Assembly: GCF_006345805.1 (NCBI RefSeq)
Contig: NC_043000.1
Location: 150,164,001-150,228,000, forward strand
DNA from: Octopus sinensis
Taxonomy: Eukaryota
Length of the DNA: 64,000 nucleotides
Direction of reading: 5' to 3'
Shown one piece after another: positions 1 through 13,895 of the stretch. How positions within the stretch are numbered: position 1 is the first letter of the stretch; each line of letters begins with the position of its first letter. The notes below the pieces were generated by a model, which ran no database searches, was not told the origin of the DNA, and saw only the letters and a program-made list of their open reading frames with translations. A program made the translations under genes and the position numbers.

Positions 1-161
1 GGATTTTGAAGATGTGATTGTTTATTTTTAGAATGACATTGCAGGGTAGATGTGAGATGCTGGAGATGGCTAGTTTGAGCATAAAACAGGTAGACTATTT
101 GGGTCAGATGTGGCCAGTTTAAATACTAGAGAGTTACTTCTAATCTATTACATCTCCATTA

Positions 162-380
162 GGCGGCGAGCTGGCAGGAACGTTAGCGCAAAGGGCGAAA
201 TGCTTTGTGGTATTTCATCTGTCGTTACGTTCTGAGTTCAAATTCTGCCAAGGTCGACTTTGCCTTTCATCCTCTCGGGGTCGATAAATAAAGTACTGGG
301 TCGATGTAATCGACTTAATCCCTTTGTCTGTTCTTGTTTGTCCCCTCTATGTTTAGCCCCTTGTGGGTAGTAAAGAAATA
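162..380 (+). mobile_element. tRNA-derived SINE family A
   Basis: ggcggcgagctggcag...gagttcaaattc (B-box)...gtaaagaaata; repeated elsewhere in the window. Confidence 0.85.
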
Positions 381-3300
381 TATTACATCATCTCCAAACT
401 ACATCCAGCTTTTCTAACTTCAAGCAATTGTACCATTCTATAAATCTTGTTACTATTCATTTATTAAATTGAAAACATAAGCAAATGGCATCATTAAAAA
501 AAAAATTACAATTATTTTAGGCGTTAACCGCCATCTGATAAAGCCAATTTTTCAAAAGTAATTTTATATCACTAAATATATTTTATAAAATATCACTTAA
601 AAGAAACTCTTGAAATTTTTTAAAAGCAGTTTCAAATTAAACACTACTACTCTTGTAACTTTTTGTTTATTTTTAAGGAGGGAAGTCTTCAGATTTCTAT
701 GTTTTAATTACAAATGTATATACAGAATTATAAATAAATGCATCTAAAAGTAGCAGTTAGTTGAAAAGATAGACCTTAAATAAAACTAAATCAACAGAAA
801 TATATCCAGTTTAATGATTTTCTCTCAAGGCTGCACTCTCACTGTCATAAGTTGCATTGACCCTTCAGAATGCTATATTTGGCCCTTCAGAAAGTCACAC
901 TTAGTCCCTGAAAAAACTGCAAGCTCCCTACCTCTGACATAACCCATTTTATATCCTCACAAAAAACTTATATTACTAATGTACTTTAGGTTTCTGCAGT
1001 ATTATATCTTGAGTGTTGAGGAGGTGGGGTGTAGCCTAATAATTCTTGTTTTTATTCTGTTTTTGTATTTTCATTTTCACAGAATTTCAAGTGTTCCCAT
1101 TGTTTATTTAAATTATAATATTTCTTTCATCATTTAACCTAATTACAACTAAACTCATCAAATCTGAATATCTAGGATTACTAACTTTTTTTCCTTTTAC
1201 CGCTTCCTTTTAGTAATAACTTAATGATAAATTACTTTTAACTGCTTTGATCCCAGTCAGTTGTTTAGGAATTTTTTTCTTGTTTGTTTGTTCTGTTGTT
1301 GTTTTTTTTCTGAATAATTTGTATCAATTTTCGTGTTTTAATTTTACATATATTCTTCTTTCCAAGTATAAGTAGGTTTGTTTATATTTTGATTATTTGT
1401 ATACTGTTGGAACATTCCTTACATTTAGCATTAACGTGAGTTGTATCAACAAATTAAATGATGCATAAGTAATGTGTTATTCTTTGAAGCACAACATAAT
1501 GGTTTGAGCAAACTTAGTCAATTCTTCCATAAATGCATGACAGGGACAGAGAAATAGTAGATTGACTGGTTAATTGATTGCCTTTCATTACACTTTTCCT
1601 GGAATATGACATATATTTTGCTAGCAGCATTACAAAAAGTAAAATGGTGCACCTCTTTTATTTCTTCTGCCAAGATTTTTGTTACTTAAATTTGCTTAAG
1701 TTAGTTTAAAGGAGATATGAAAGATGCTCTGAGAGAAAGTCATTAGATTTGGTCAGTGTATTGGATGTAGACGTTGACTGATATAAATATATAATTCATT
1801 TTTACTAAGGGTTTGGCATTTAAATAAAAACAAACAACTTAATCATTTTAACATCCATTAAAAATTTTAATGACTAGAAACCAAGTTCAGTTTTTCCACA
1901 CCAGCCTTTTTTCACTCTTTACCAAACAACTTTTCCACATCTTTAAATCTAATCAATTTATTCTCTGTCGGCATGTGTGTTTGTCTTCCTCTTGTACTGA
2001 TGTTTGTGTGCTGTTCAATGAAAAAAGGCATCATGTTTACAGTCTAAGGAAACATGTCTGTCTTTTGAGCTGTTCATTGTTTGAAGAACTTGGGAAAATG
2101 TTTTCTTGCTTGGAAATAGGTGAGGGCTGGCAACAGGAAGAGCATCTGTCCTCAGAAACTTTGCTACAACAAGTTTCATCTGACCCATGCAATCACAGAA
2201 AAGTAGGCATTAAAACAATGATAATGATGATAATTTTACTGTTGGTTTTCTGACACTCAGATATTATCTATGAGAATGTTTGTGGTCAGACATACTTTTA
2301 AGTCAGCATGTAATTTACTGAATTATGATAGCTGAATAGTGAGGTGGTGTAATAAATAGTTTTAAAATAATAGCTAAATATAGTTATGATATATCTATAC
2401 TGTAATAGAGAAAGCTTATTAATTAGTTGGAATTATGTAACTTTTACTAAAAGAAAGCGGTTAATACGGGCTAGACTTTCGGAAAATTTTTAGAAATTCC
2501 AGTTTTAATATATTTTCATCAAAATGTGGTTTTGAAGTTGTTTTTTCATTGAATATTTCAAGTACATCAATCAGAAATCTTATTTAGCATGACATTTCAA
2601 TTTACTGTGTGGTAGTTTAACATATTTTTATACCTCTGGAAATATAAAAGTTGCCAAATATTTGCAATGCTACTTTCTTTCCCAGTATCCTTTCATATTT
2701 GTTGGATGTTGTTGAAGAAATAGAAAAGCTGAATAATAAAACTAGCTTTAATTTACTTACACCAGTTCCTTGATTTTGTCTCTTTGTATCTTTCTGAAAA
2801 ATAGGTATTTTTTTAATGAAATTTTCTACAAAATCCTTTCAGATGGTACAGATTATAATTGTATAGGAATTCAGCATGGAAAAAGTAGGTGGGGGATATT
2901 TCATGCATCTCAACTTTTCCTGATATATTTTGATCATTTAATTACAATTATGTTGAAAACATATATTATTTTTGAAGATTATTCCACCCTTTCCCAAAAA
3001 ATCTCTGAAAAAATCTTTGTAGAAAGAAGGGTACAATGCTAGCATTACTTGTTGAATACATATTTCTTTCATTATTTTATCACAATTGTAATCTCACTTT
3101 TAAACAAACTCAAAGGTGGTCTGTCCCCTATGTGGTCATTTAGTTTATGCTAAAAATGAGTAATTTTTCAACATAATTGTAATTAAATCATGAAAATTAT
3201 GAGGAAATAAAGTCAAGGTGCATGAAATATTTGTCCACCCAACCCCTTTTTTTTTTTTACATTGAATTCCTATATAACCATCTGAAAGTTATTTGTTGAA

Positions 3301-3544
3301 AATTTCATAATAATTACCAATTTTTCTGAAAGCTATGAGGAAACAAAATTGAGTTGAGTGAATTATCTGAAACTCCTTTCCCAAAAAACTTTTCAGCACA
3401 AATTCTTATATAATTGTAATTTACACCATCAGAAAAGTATTTGTAGTAACATTCATTAATAAATATCCACTTTTTAGAAACTTATGAGGAAACAAATTCA
3501 ACAGGGCACATTTCTGTAGTTATACCTTAAATTTACTCAGCCAG

Positions 3545-3756
3545 TGTTTAAACCGGCCATATCCTGCCAAAAGTATTCTGCCTGTTTTATGTTCAAACTG
3601 GCCAGATCTGGTCTCTCACACCAACCCTACAATATCGTTTTAAAAATTAAGAGCTACCTCATCAAAATCTTATAGCTACAAGATAATGCATGATTAGTTC
3701 AAGGCAATGTGAATAAAAAGCATTAATTTTGGTAGAATAATACGAATACTAAAGGG
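3545..3756. mobile_element. MITE of the 58636 family, inverted, one end decayed
   Basis: Ends ctaaagggTTAA; body is the reverse complement of 58650-58850. Confidence 0.7.
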
Positions 3757-4207
3757 TTAAACAAGTAGAGGATTCAATGAAAAATTGGACATACCATATC
3801 AGGAAAAATTACACAAATTGTGAATCAAATGTGTAAATATAGTTTAGCAACAAGCAGAAAAACACCCGGTGGGGAGTCTTTCTGCTAGTGTACAGTAATA
3901 GTAACAGCTTAAGATCAGTGCAGTACTTGGTCTGTTAAAGTGCTAGACTGTTGATGGTAATTGTTGTTTATGTGCGACCTGATCATAAATGACTTGATTC
4001 AATCCACAAAACTATTGACTTTCCATCATTTGCCAAGTATTTCAGCCATGACCATCGTGTCCTGTCGATTTTAGCCTTAGGTTAACATTATACCAAGTGT
4101 TCTTCCTTTTTCATGATGGTTGGGTATGGTTTATGGGAGATTTAGCTGCTGCTTCTAACAGAGAGGTTCTTTAATTCATTGTTATTTGTTGATGTTTGCA
4201 TTGCAAA

Positions 4208-4395
4208 TCATCATCATCATCATCATCATCGTTTAGCGTCCGCTTTCCATGCTAGCATGGGTTGGACGGTTCAACTAGGGTCTGTGAAGCCAGAAGGCTG
4301 CATCAGGCCCAGTCTGATCTGGTAGTGTTTCTACGGCTGGATGCCCTTCCTAACGCCAACCACTCCGTGAGTGTAGTGGGTGCTTTTTACGTGCC
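4208..4395 (-). mobile_element. RTE 3' tail element (family C), short
   Basis: (CAT)n-cgtttagcgtccgctttccatgctagcatgggttggacgg... Confidence 0.85.
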
Positions 4396-6095
4396 GAATC
4401 TATATTTTCACTTAGCATGACTCACTGTAGAGGCAGACCTGTTATCCATCTTCAATGAAGAAGGTTGTGGCATTTTGCAGACCAGAAAAAATTGCTGTTG
4501 TTTACCTTTATGTAGTAGCAAGACTGATTTCAGGAATACATTTGGGGTTTCATTAATGTCCCCTATTTTATCATATCATTATCATGTTTAACTGACATAA
4601 ATAAGTGCAGGTATGGCAGCTGTATTGTTAAGAAGTGTGCTTCCCAGCCACATGGTTTCAGGTTCATTCCCACTGCATGGCAGCTTGGACTATAGTCCCA
4701 GGCCAACCAAAGCCTTGTGAGTTGATTTGGTTGGCAGAAATTGTGTAGAAGCCCATTTAGGTGTGTATTTGTGTCTCCCCCCACCACCACCACCACACCT
4801 TGGAATTGCATGTTGTTGTAAACAAATGTCCCCATCGTACAAGCAGTGTTATCCATTTTCAATGTTACCATGGAAATATGTCTGGTTGTAGGGAAACATT
4901 ACTTTTGCTTTGAAACAAGTGATGGCTGATGAATGAAAGAGCATTTGCCTCAATTAATTCCATCTGACCCATGCAAGTATGGAAAAGTGGACATTAAAAC
5001 AATTATGATAATGAGGATGACAACCTTGTTAGTCATTTCCAATTTTGGATTGTTTCTCTAGTCCTTGTCTATGTCTGCTACATGTACTCAGATTCTTCCA
5101 TATTTTAACTGCTTATATTAAAGACAAGAATTTTCTCTTTGGTGTTACTAAACATTTATCAGCAACTGTTTTTCATGTTAGATACACTGATTCCATTTGT
5201 ATAACTACTCAAATAGCTATCAATCTCTATTGATTTTGAGTTTACATGACTCTTGGATTTTATATGACTTGTTCATAAAATCAGAAGACAATAGCAAGTG
5301 GGGTTTGTTTTTTTCCTTTCTTTCTTTCTTTCTTTCTTTTTTTTTACCAACCTCAAATTGACTTGTCTTTTTCTTTGTGTATAACATATATAGAGCATGT
5401 TTCAAATAGGTTGATGTTATGGGGTAAGGAACAGAAGCAGATGACTTCCAGGAATTGGAATGAAATAAATTGCGTGCCATCAACTAGATGCTTGCTGAAA
5501 CTGAAAAAATAGTTTGGTAATAGTTTGATGAATGTAATGTAAGGTAGAAAGTTGGTGAATGGAAGATGTGAAAGGAAAAAATAAATATGCTTCTAGTACT
5601 CATGATAATAATGCCTCCCGATTTAAACACAAAGCGTAACAATTAAATCAATTGAGTTAATCTTCTCTTAAAAAGATATTAAAACCTTTCAGTATTCAAG
5701 GAGTATTTATTCTCTACCATACAATTTTGCATTTTGTTTTATAAAATCTTCAATTAGGATATAACATCCTATTTGGTAGACTGATGTTTGTCATATAAGT
5801 TTTCGTTATTATTATTTTCATTTGACTTCTCAGAGCTCTTGATTTTACTCACTCCAGTTGATTCTATAAGAGCAGACAGCAACCTATTGTCAAAGGTTTC
5901 ACTGGGTTGCTTTTCATGATACTTAACACCTTAGTACTAATCTCAGAATCTTCACTGTCCTCAACTGAGCAGTTTTCTGGGTATGTTCTACTCACATGTC
6001 ATTTCAAGATTCTCCATATGCTTCTCAAACTTGGTTGTCAGTGCTCCCCATGCCCATACAACTACTGGAATGACAGTTACTCTCTTCATTGCCCA

Positions 6096-6130
<35 letters not shown>

Positions 6131-6132
<2 letters not shown>

Positions 6133-7019
6133 CGTTTGACTTTTGCTTTGTTTTTGTACAAGTTGACTCCAAGTCTCACCCAAAGACCTCAAGAGACAAC
6201 AAATTAGAAATTACCTTGTTGTCAGCTGGGCATGCTATATGTATGATCCAGCATCATTTGCTTTCCCTCTCAATTAACACTATGTCTGGCTTCCTGTTCT
6301 CTATCTCATGGTCTCACTGAATCATAAAATCCCATAGGATCTTTGCATTATCATTTTCAATGATGCTTTCGAGTTTATGTTCGTACCACATTTTTGCTTT
6401 CTCAAGTCCATACTTGTTGCAAAATGTCCAATGGACAATCCTTGCTATATTGTCATGACGTCTCTTATATTCTTTCTGGGCTAGTGGTGTACATATGCCA
6501 TATGGTTTCACCATTTTGTCCACGGATTCTGCACTTATCACTTTATGATGTAATTCATTCTTAGTGCTTGCTCTTGGGCAGCACAGATTAGAGCCTCCAT
6601 TTCCAGTCTTAAATCACTGTTAGTCATCCATAGCCATCTTTTTTCTTTGTATGACTTACCTTCAACATCCCTATGAAATTGTCCATGCATTCTTTACTTT
6701 ATCCACCTGCTTTCAGTTCCATTCATTCTCAAGTGTTTATACAGTGCTTTATCTTTGCAATCTTCCATCCTACACAAGCCTAACCTTCTTCCAATAATAA
6801 CAGTTCTGTGGCATTTTTTACATACCATGCTATGTTGTTTTCTTCTGCTCTAATGCTGTGTTTGCATCCAATCAGTCCTCTTCCCAATTCTTTTTCTTTG
6901 TACATAGTCTGTATGTGTCACTTTTTGGGTGGAGTGTCTCATATCTAGTCAGCAGCTTTCTTGTCTTTCTGTCTAAACTGTTTACTTCATCTACTGTCCA
7001 TGTGATTACCCCTGCTCCC
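6131..7019 (-). mobile_element. R4/Dong-clade non-LTR retroelement 3' fragment (CCHC knuckle and RLE domain), decayed
   Basis: C..LAQKEYKRRHDNIARIVHW...KILWDFMIQ.D...RKPDIV; flanked by (TAA)n on both sides. Confidence 0.8.
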
Positions 7020-7035
7020 TATTATTATTATTATT

Positions 7036-7088
<53 letters not shown>

Positions 7089-7105
7089 TATTGGCATGCT
7101 GGAAG

Positions 7106-7357
7106 GCTGCACCAGACTCCAGTCTGATTTGGTATGGTTTTCTATGGTTGGATGACCTTCCTAACGCCAACCACTCTGAGAGTGTAATGGGTGCTTTTAC
7201 ATGCCATTTGTGTGACACCAGTATCTGCCATGACTGCGATACCAGTGTCATGCAAATGGCACGTAAAAGCACCCATTACACTCTTGGAGTGGTTGGCGTT
7301 AGGAAGGGCATCCAGCTTTAGAAAACCATGCCAAATCAGACTGGAGTCTGGTGCAGC
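7106..7357. repeat. Foldback of two inverted RTE-tail (family C) segments
   Basis: 7106-7225 pairs with 7238-7357; 12-nt loop. Confidence 0.9.
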
Positions 7358-7960
7358 ATGCCACCATGGACAACGGACATTAAATGATTGTTATTATTAT
7401 TATTTAATGAGAGAGCCATGCATGCTATCAAAATAACACTGAGGTACAAATGTACAAAGCCCAATACACCTGTCTGATAGGGGTACACCAAGCACATGAC
7501 CCTGCAGGTGGAGCCCAGTTAGAATTTTCTTACGGTTGAGTAGCCCATCCCAGTCAAATGGTCCTTGAATAAGGGTTGTTTAAGAATGTTGAACCAAACA
7601 CACCTGTTTCCACAGAGGTGAATTATTCAAACCCCAAAGAATTCTTCTCAGCACATGGCTATGATGCTCCTCAACTACTCCTGCTTATGATCAGAGATGC
7701 ACATATTGTTAGCCACTTCGGGACATGTTCAACTGCCTGGTATTGCATCAGGGCTTATTATTAATTTATTATTTTCATGATGATGATTTTTATATTGTTA
7801 AGTGAAAACAAAAATTCCTTTATTTTTATGAATACTTACAAGACTCTTGTGATGGAAGCATGTATATTCAGTTAGAATTACAAACACATGCCTATAATCT
7901 TTGTAACCAGATATTCTTTTTTACCAAACAACATATCCATTTTTTTAAGATCTTAATACC

Positions 7961-8361
7961 CTTTTACTCTTTTACTTGTTTCAGTCATTTGACTGCGGCC
8001 ATGCTGGAGCACCGCCTTTAGTCGAGCAAATTGACCCCGGGACTTATTCTTTTGTAAGCCCAGTACTTATTCTATCGGTCTCTTTTGCCGAACCGCTAAG
8101 CAACGGGGACATAAACACACCAGCATCGGTTGTCAAGCAATGCTAGGGGACAAACAGACACACAAACACACACACACATATATATATATATATACATATA
8201 TACGACAGGCTTCTTTCAGTTTCCGTCTACCAAATCCACTCACAAGGCTTTGGTCGGCCCAGGGCTATAGTAGAATACACTTGCCCAAGGTGCCACGCTG
8301 TGGGACTGAACCCGGAACCATGTGGCTGGTAGACAAGCTACTTACCACACAGCCACACCTG
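7961..8361 (-). mobile_element. tRNA-derived SINE family B (~400 bp, internal TA/CA microsatellite)
   Basis: Head gcaggagtggctgtgtggtaag...gggttcagtccc; (TAAAAGAG)n tail. Confidence 0.88.
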
Positions 8362-9175
8362 TTGAAGAAACTTTTTCTCTTAATTAGACTACTTATTAAG
8401 ATATCTAAAATTTATAAATTCTAGCTGACAAATAAAAGTGAAGCTTATTTAAGGAAGAAAAATATTGTAACTTTAAAACTAACATATTAAATTTCTTTTT
8501 ATTTTATTTTTGCATGTTTACAAAATTTTATATGGTACTTTATTTCTTAAATTTCCATCTCATATAGGTTTAAGTGAGCTTCGTGACATTTCTTTCCTAG
8601 TAGATACGTGACTCCAAAACAAAAACAAAAAAAGTATAACATCTGCCAGAAATATATTTCTGTATAAAATGTCCATGTGAATGAACAGTGATAAATTGTT
8701 AAATTCATGAAATTAGAGTTACAAAAAGAGTTTGGAGTTTGAGTTTTTGATTACATGGTCAATTGCGAGTTAGTATTTAAGAGAAGCATGTGTATCTCTC
8801 TTTCTCTCTCTCACTCACTCACTCACATTTTCCTATAGGCTGTTTTTGTGTATCACAGCTTTTTCCACCTTTTTCAAAATCCATAATGTAAACTTGCCAA
8901 CTTTTAGAATACCACTGCTATAGGGAATATATTTAAATTAATGTTTTACATGATATTTCAAATTTTGTAGACCAAAATAAAAATAGCTGTTTTTTGTTTT
9001 ATTCAGATGAGCATCTTGGACTTTTAGTAAACTGGCTTTACTTGAACATTTATTTTCCATCTCCAAACACTCAGCAACTTTCTATATTCTATGACTGTTT
9101 TGCAAATCAGAATTGTATTTCTAGACTGGACTCAGATTCTAAAATCTTAAATTGTTACTTTCACTTTTTTACATA

Positions 9176-9548
9176 CTGTGTGGTAAGTAGCTTGCTTACC
9201 AACCACATGGTTCTGGGTTCAGTCCCATTGCGTGGCACCTTGGGCAAGTGTCTTCTACTATAGTCTCGGGTCGACCAAAGTCTTGTGAGTGGACTTGGTA
9301 AACAGAAACTCAAAGAAGCCCGTTGTATATATGTATATATATATGTGCGTGTGTATATATGTTTGTGTATCTGCGTTTGTCCCCCCGACATCGCTTGACA
9401 ACCAATGCTGGTGTGTTTACATCCCTGTAACTTAGCGTTTCGGCAAAAGAGACTGATAGAATAAGGACTAGGCTTACAAAGAATAAGTCCTGGGATCGAT
9501 TTGCACGACCACAGTCAAATGACTGAAACAAATAAAAGAGTAAAAGAG
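9176..9548 (+). mobile_element. SINE family B
   Basis: Homologous to the other B copies. Confidence 0.85.
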
Positions 9549-10755
9549 TGTATTAAATACTTCTTACATTCTTCTCCAGATTAGGCAGGGAATTATCAGA
9601 GTTGTAAGAGCATTGGATGAAATGCCTTGCAGTATTTATTCTGACACCTTACATTATGAGTTCAAATCCTACCATGGTCAACTTTGCCTTTCATCTCTCC
9701 AGGGTCGATAAATAATGTACTGTATAGTGACAGACTAGCACAAATGGTAGCACATCAGAGATACCTTACAGTACTTATTCTGGTGCATTGTGGTCTGAGT
9801 TTAGATCTCTCCTACTTGGGTGAAGGCTTATGACTCAGTGGTTAGAGTGTCGAGCTCATAATCATGAGATAGTGAGTTTGATTTCCATACTGGGCTGCGT
9901 GTTGTGTCTTGCGCAAGACACTTTATTTCATGTTGCTCCAGTAAAAATGAGTTGCAATGTCACTGGGGCCAAGCCATATTGACCTTTGCCTTTCCTTTGG
10001 ATAACATTGGTGGCATGGAGTGTAGAGGTTGGTATGCATGAGTGACTGCTGGCCTACCATAAACAACTTAGTGTGAACTTGTACCTCAAAGAGAACTTTC
10101 TAGGTGCAATCCCATGGTCATTCATGACTGAAGGAGGTCCTTTACTAGGGTGGAAGACCCTGTTGCTTGGTTTCACACTACCATTAGGTCCTTGGGTGCC
10201 TTCTGTGAAGTCCACCCCATTATAAACATTGGGCCATGTCTACAGTTTAAACACTTTACCCTCCGTGTCTCACCAGTTTCAGAGGCTCTCTGTAAAGGGT
10301 TATGGACACTGCTCTTTCATCCTGACTGAAAGATCTAAAGAAAAAGGAAATGACAAGCCTCTAAAAAATTCTAACATTGTTCGCTTCCTCTCCAAATTTG
10401 TAAAATGTTGAAACATATGTTAAGGTATCTAACTTCACCCAATTACTTCTATTCCTTAATGTAATAGAGCATAAAAGCCCTTGGATGGCAGCAAAAAAAA
10501 ATACACTACATTTAGTGATAAATACATTTTCAGGCGAGGCTGGCAACGGCCACGAACGGATGGTGCTTTTTACGTGCCACCGGCACGGGGGCCAGGCCAG
10601 GCTGGCAACAGCCACGAACAGATGGTGCCTTTTACGTGCCACCGGCACGGGGACTCGATTCAGTATATTATACTCCAATCCTTATAATTGTTCTCAGTAC
10701 TTCTGCTATCCATCATAATGTTAAACTACAGGACTTCATTTCTTCCTTTACTATT

Positions 10756-10793
<38 letters not shown>

Positions 10794-11221
10794 AATTGAA
10801 ATTACTGGGTAAAATTTACGTAATCTGATAACTTATGTTTTCTGGGCAGAAATAATCAATAGATTACATCATAATGATTGGGGGTTGGGGAGCCAATTTA
10901 ACTTGATTTTAGTATACAGAAACAGATGAGAGATATTGTTTAAAAAAAAACAGCATACAGCCACTCTTATTTATAAACCATACTTTTTTTTTTACAAAGA
11001 TAGCTTTGCTAACTCAGCTTTTATTAGACAAGGAAAAACATATGTTAACATTTATGATGTTAGCAATGAAGGCATCACCAACATTTATTGTTTTTATATT
11101 TGTTTCTCCAGAGTGATGACATTTGTTGCTAGCAACATGAATTATTTCGATACATATGTCATTTCCTTGCTAAGCTCAGATTTCTTAGAACTGATCTCAG
11201 ATTTCTTAGAGTAACTTTATA

Positions 11222-11635
11222 TACTCTTTACTCTTTTTTACTCTTTTACTTGTTTCAGTCATTTGACTGCGGCCATGCTGGAGCACCGCCTTTAGTCGAG
11301 CAAATCGACCCCGGGACTTATTCTTTGTAAGCCAAGTACTTATTCTATCGGTCTCTTTTGCCGAACCGCTAAGTGACGGGGACGTAAACACACCAGCATC
11401 GGTTGTCAAGCAATTCTAGGGGGACAAACACAGACACACAAACACACACACACATACATATATATATACATATATACGACAGGCTTCTTTGAGTTTCCGT
11501 CTACCAAATCCACTCACAAGGCATTGGTTGGCCCGGGGCCATAGCAGAAGACACTTGCCCAAGATGCCACGCAGTGGGACTGAACCCGGAACCATGTGGT
11601 TGGTAAGCAAGCTACTTACCACACAGCCACTCCTG
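11222..11635 (-). mobile_element. SINE family B
   Basis: Homologous to the other B copies. Confidence 0.88.
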
Positions 11636-11759
11636 ACATCATCTACTTGACCGACTAATTTGGAAATAATAATGATAATAAAGCAAAGATGGAAACTGTT
11701 GGATTATATGCCATTTTCTCTTCATTACATATATCATATATATAGGCAAAGAACACAGG

Positions 11760-13278
11760 TACAAGATTTTCTGGGCAAGGAACACTAACAGGGTCGAGGA
11801 TGTGGGTATACTTCTTGCAGAGAAATGGGTTGATAAGGTAATCAAGGTAGTCAGAGTATGCAATAGAATACTTAAGATTAGATTAGTGCTACATCATGGG
11901 CTAGCAACCATTATCTTGGCCTATGCCCCCCAGCTGGGGCTACCTGAGGCACAGAAAGACAGATTTTATAACACCCTCTTGCAGACTGTTTCGTTGACGA
12001 ATGACACGAGCCTTCTCTTTGTGGCTGGCAACTTCAATGGGCATGTTGGACAACATGCAGGGGACTTCCATGGCGTACATGGAGGCTATGGTTTTGGTTC
12101 CTGCAATGAGGAGGGAACCAAGCTGCTGGAGTTCTGCGATGCGAATGATCTTATGCTTTGCAATACTAACTTCAGAAAACCTGCAAGTCACCTAGTCACC
12201 TACCGATTTGGTAGACACACTAGCCAAATTGACTACATCCTCACCAGAAAAAGGGAAAGATGGCTGCTTATAAATGCCAAAACCTTCCCAGGCAAAGAAT
12301 GTACCCCACAACATAGACTGGTTGTTAGCGACTTCAGGATCAGGTCTAAATGGATGCCCAGAAGACGACCAGCATGGAGGAGAAGGGTCTGGAAGCTTAA
12401 AGAGATTTAGAGATTTAGAGACATATTACTAGAAGCTTTTGACGAAATAGAGAGGGATATAGCATCACATGATGTGGAAGACAACTGGAGATTTCTACGG
12501 GACAACCTGCTGAGGGCCACTGACCAGATCTGTGGATGGTACTAAGTCCCCTCTCGACCCAAGGTAACGTGGTGGTGGAACAATGTTGTTGACAGGGCTA
12601 CTAGGGAAAAGAAACAGGCTTGGAAGGACTGGAAGAATGGTAGTAGCAGGAAAACCAGGGATGAGATGGTGAAGCACGACCTTTGAACATTGGGCCTTAC
12701 CGACTAGTGACCAAGACCTTTGGAGATAAGCTGTGCTCTTGAAAACCCGACAAGCCAAGTGAGACCATAACCCATGGCTTATGCCAGTTGGTCTAACCAG
12801 CCCACTTATGTTTGGCACTCGTGCTAGTGGAACGTTAAAAGCACATCTGAGCATGATCGTTGCCAGGGTCATGGATTGGTTTCTGTGCTGGTAGCATGTA
12901 AAAAGCACCATTTGAGCATGATCATTGCCAGTGTCGCCTTACTGGCACATGTGCCGGTGGCCATGAAAATCAACATTCAAGCATGGTCGTTGACAGTGCC
13001 ACTGGACTGTCTCCTGTGCAGGTAGCACGTAAAAAATACCATTTGAGCATGGTCGTTGCCAGAACTGCCTGACTGGCCCTCGTGCTAGTAGCACGTAAAA
13101 GCACCCACTACACTCTTGGAGTGGTTAGCGTTAGGAAGGGCATCCAGCTGTAGAAACTTTGCCAGATCAGATTGAGTCTGGTGCAGCCTCTGGTTCACCA
13201 GCCCTCAGTCAAGCCGTCCAAACCATGCCAGCATGGAAAGCAGATGTTAAACAACAACGATGATGATGATGATGATGA

Positions 13279-13281
<3 letters not shown>
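11760..13281 (+). mobile_element. RTE-clade LINE with APE endonuclease, RT domain deleted, ORF C-terminus, 3' UTR tandem repeats and (GAT)n tail
   Basis: ORF 11802-12410 (AYAPQ, GNFNGHVG, SQIDYIL); near 12650 it jumps to the KTRDEMVKHDL...KTRQAK C-terminus. Confidence 0.85.
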
Positions 13282-13320
<39 letters not shown>

Positions 13321-13323
<3 letters not shown>

Positions 13324-13895
13324 GCCTCCATCGGTCATGGCTGGCCATAGATGATGTCATCCATCCGTTGAGTTATGTATTCAGTTTTTGCAATGCCTCC
13401 TGTGGCTGTAGAGGCCGATGCGAGAGTGGCAGTCTCGTTTGCAGAGGTCACACCTATACGTTGAATCCGGTCTGTTGGCTGTCATTTCTTTCCTTCAGGC
13501 TTGGTTTTCAGCTGCTGCCACCCTCGAATTCTCTTTGCCGGTCTGCAGTTGTTTGTGAAGAGTACCTCTCCAGCAGGTTCGGTCAGCTGCGAGATCCTCC
13601 CAAGAATTGGTGTTGATGCCAAGTGCCTTCCTATCCCTCCTACACACTTCCCTGTACCTCAGCTTCAGCAGCCAATGTTTCTCCACCCTGCGACAAGCTC
13701 TCCGAAGAGGACATCCTTTGGGATCTGACCATCCTCCATACAGCGAACGTGGCTAAGCCAGTGCAGCTGACATGGTCTTAGCAAGATGAGCAAGGTGGGG
13801 AGGCCAGCACGAGACAGAACGTCAGTATTGGTTACTTTGTCTTGCCAGGAGATGCCAAGTATGTGTTGGAGGCTTCTGAGGTGGAAGGTGTTAAG
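13321..13895 (-). mobile_element. RTE-type LINE 3' fragment with a C-terminal C2H2-like knuckle
   Basis: LHWLSHVRCMEDGQIPKDVLFGEL...LRYREVCRRDRKALGI..SWEDLAADR. Confidence 0.8.

Noticed and set aside
2843-2884. Possible exon (DGTDYNCIGIQHGK)
   Set aside because: Weak donor, phase incompatible with 20836, no family motif.
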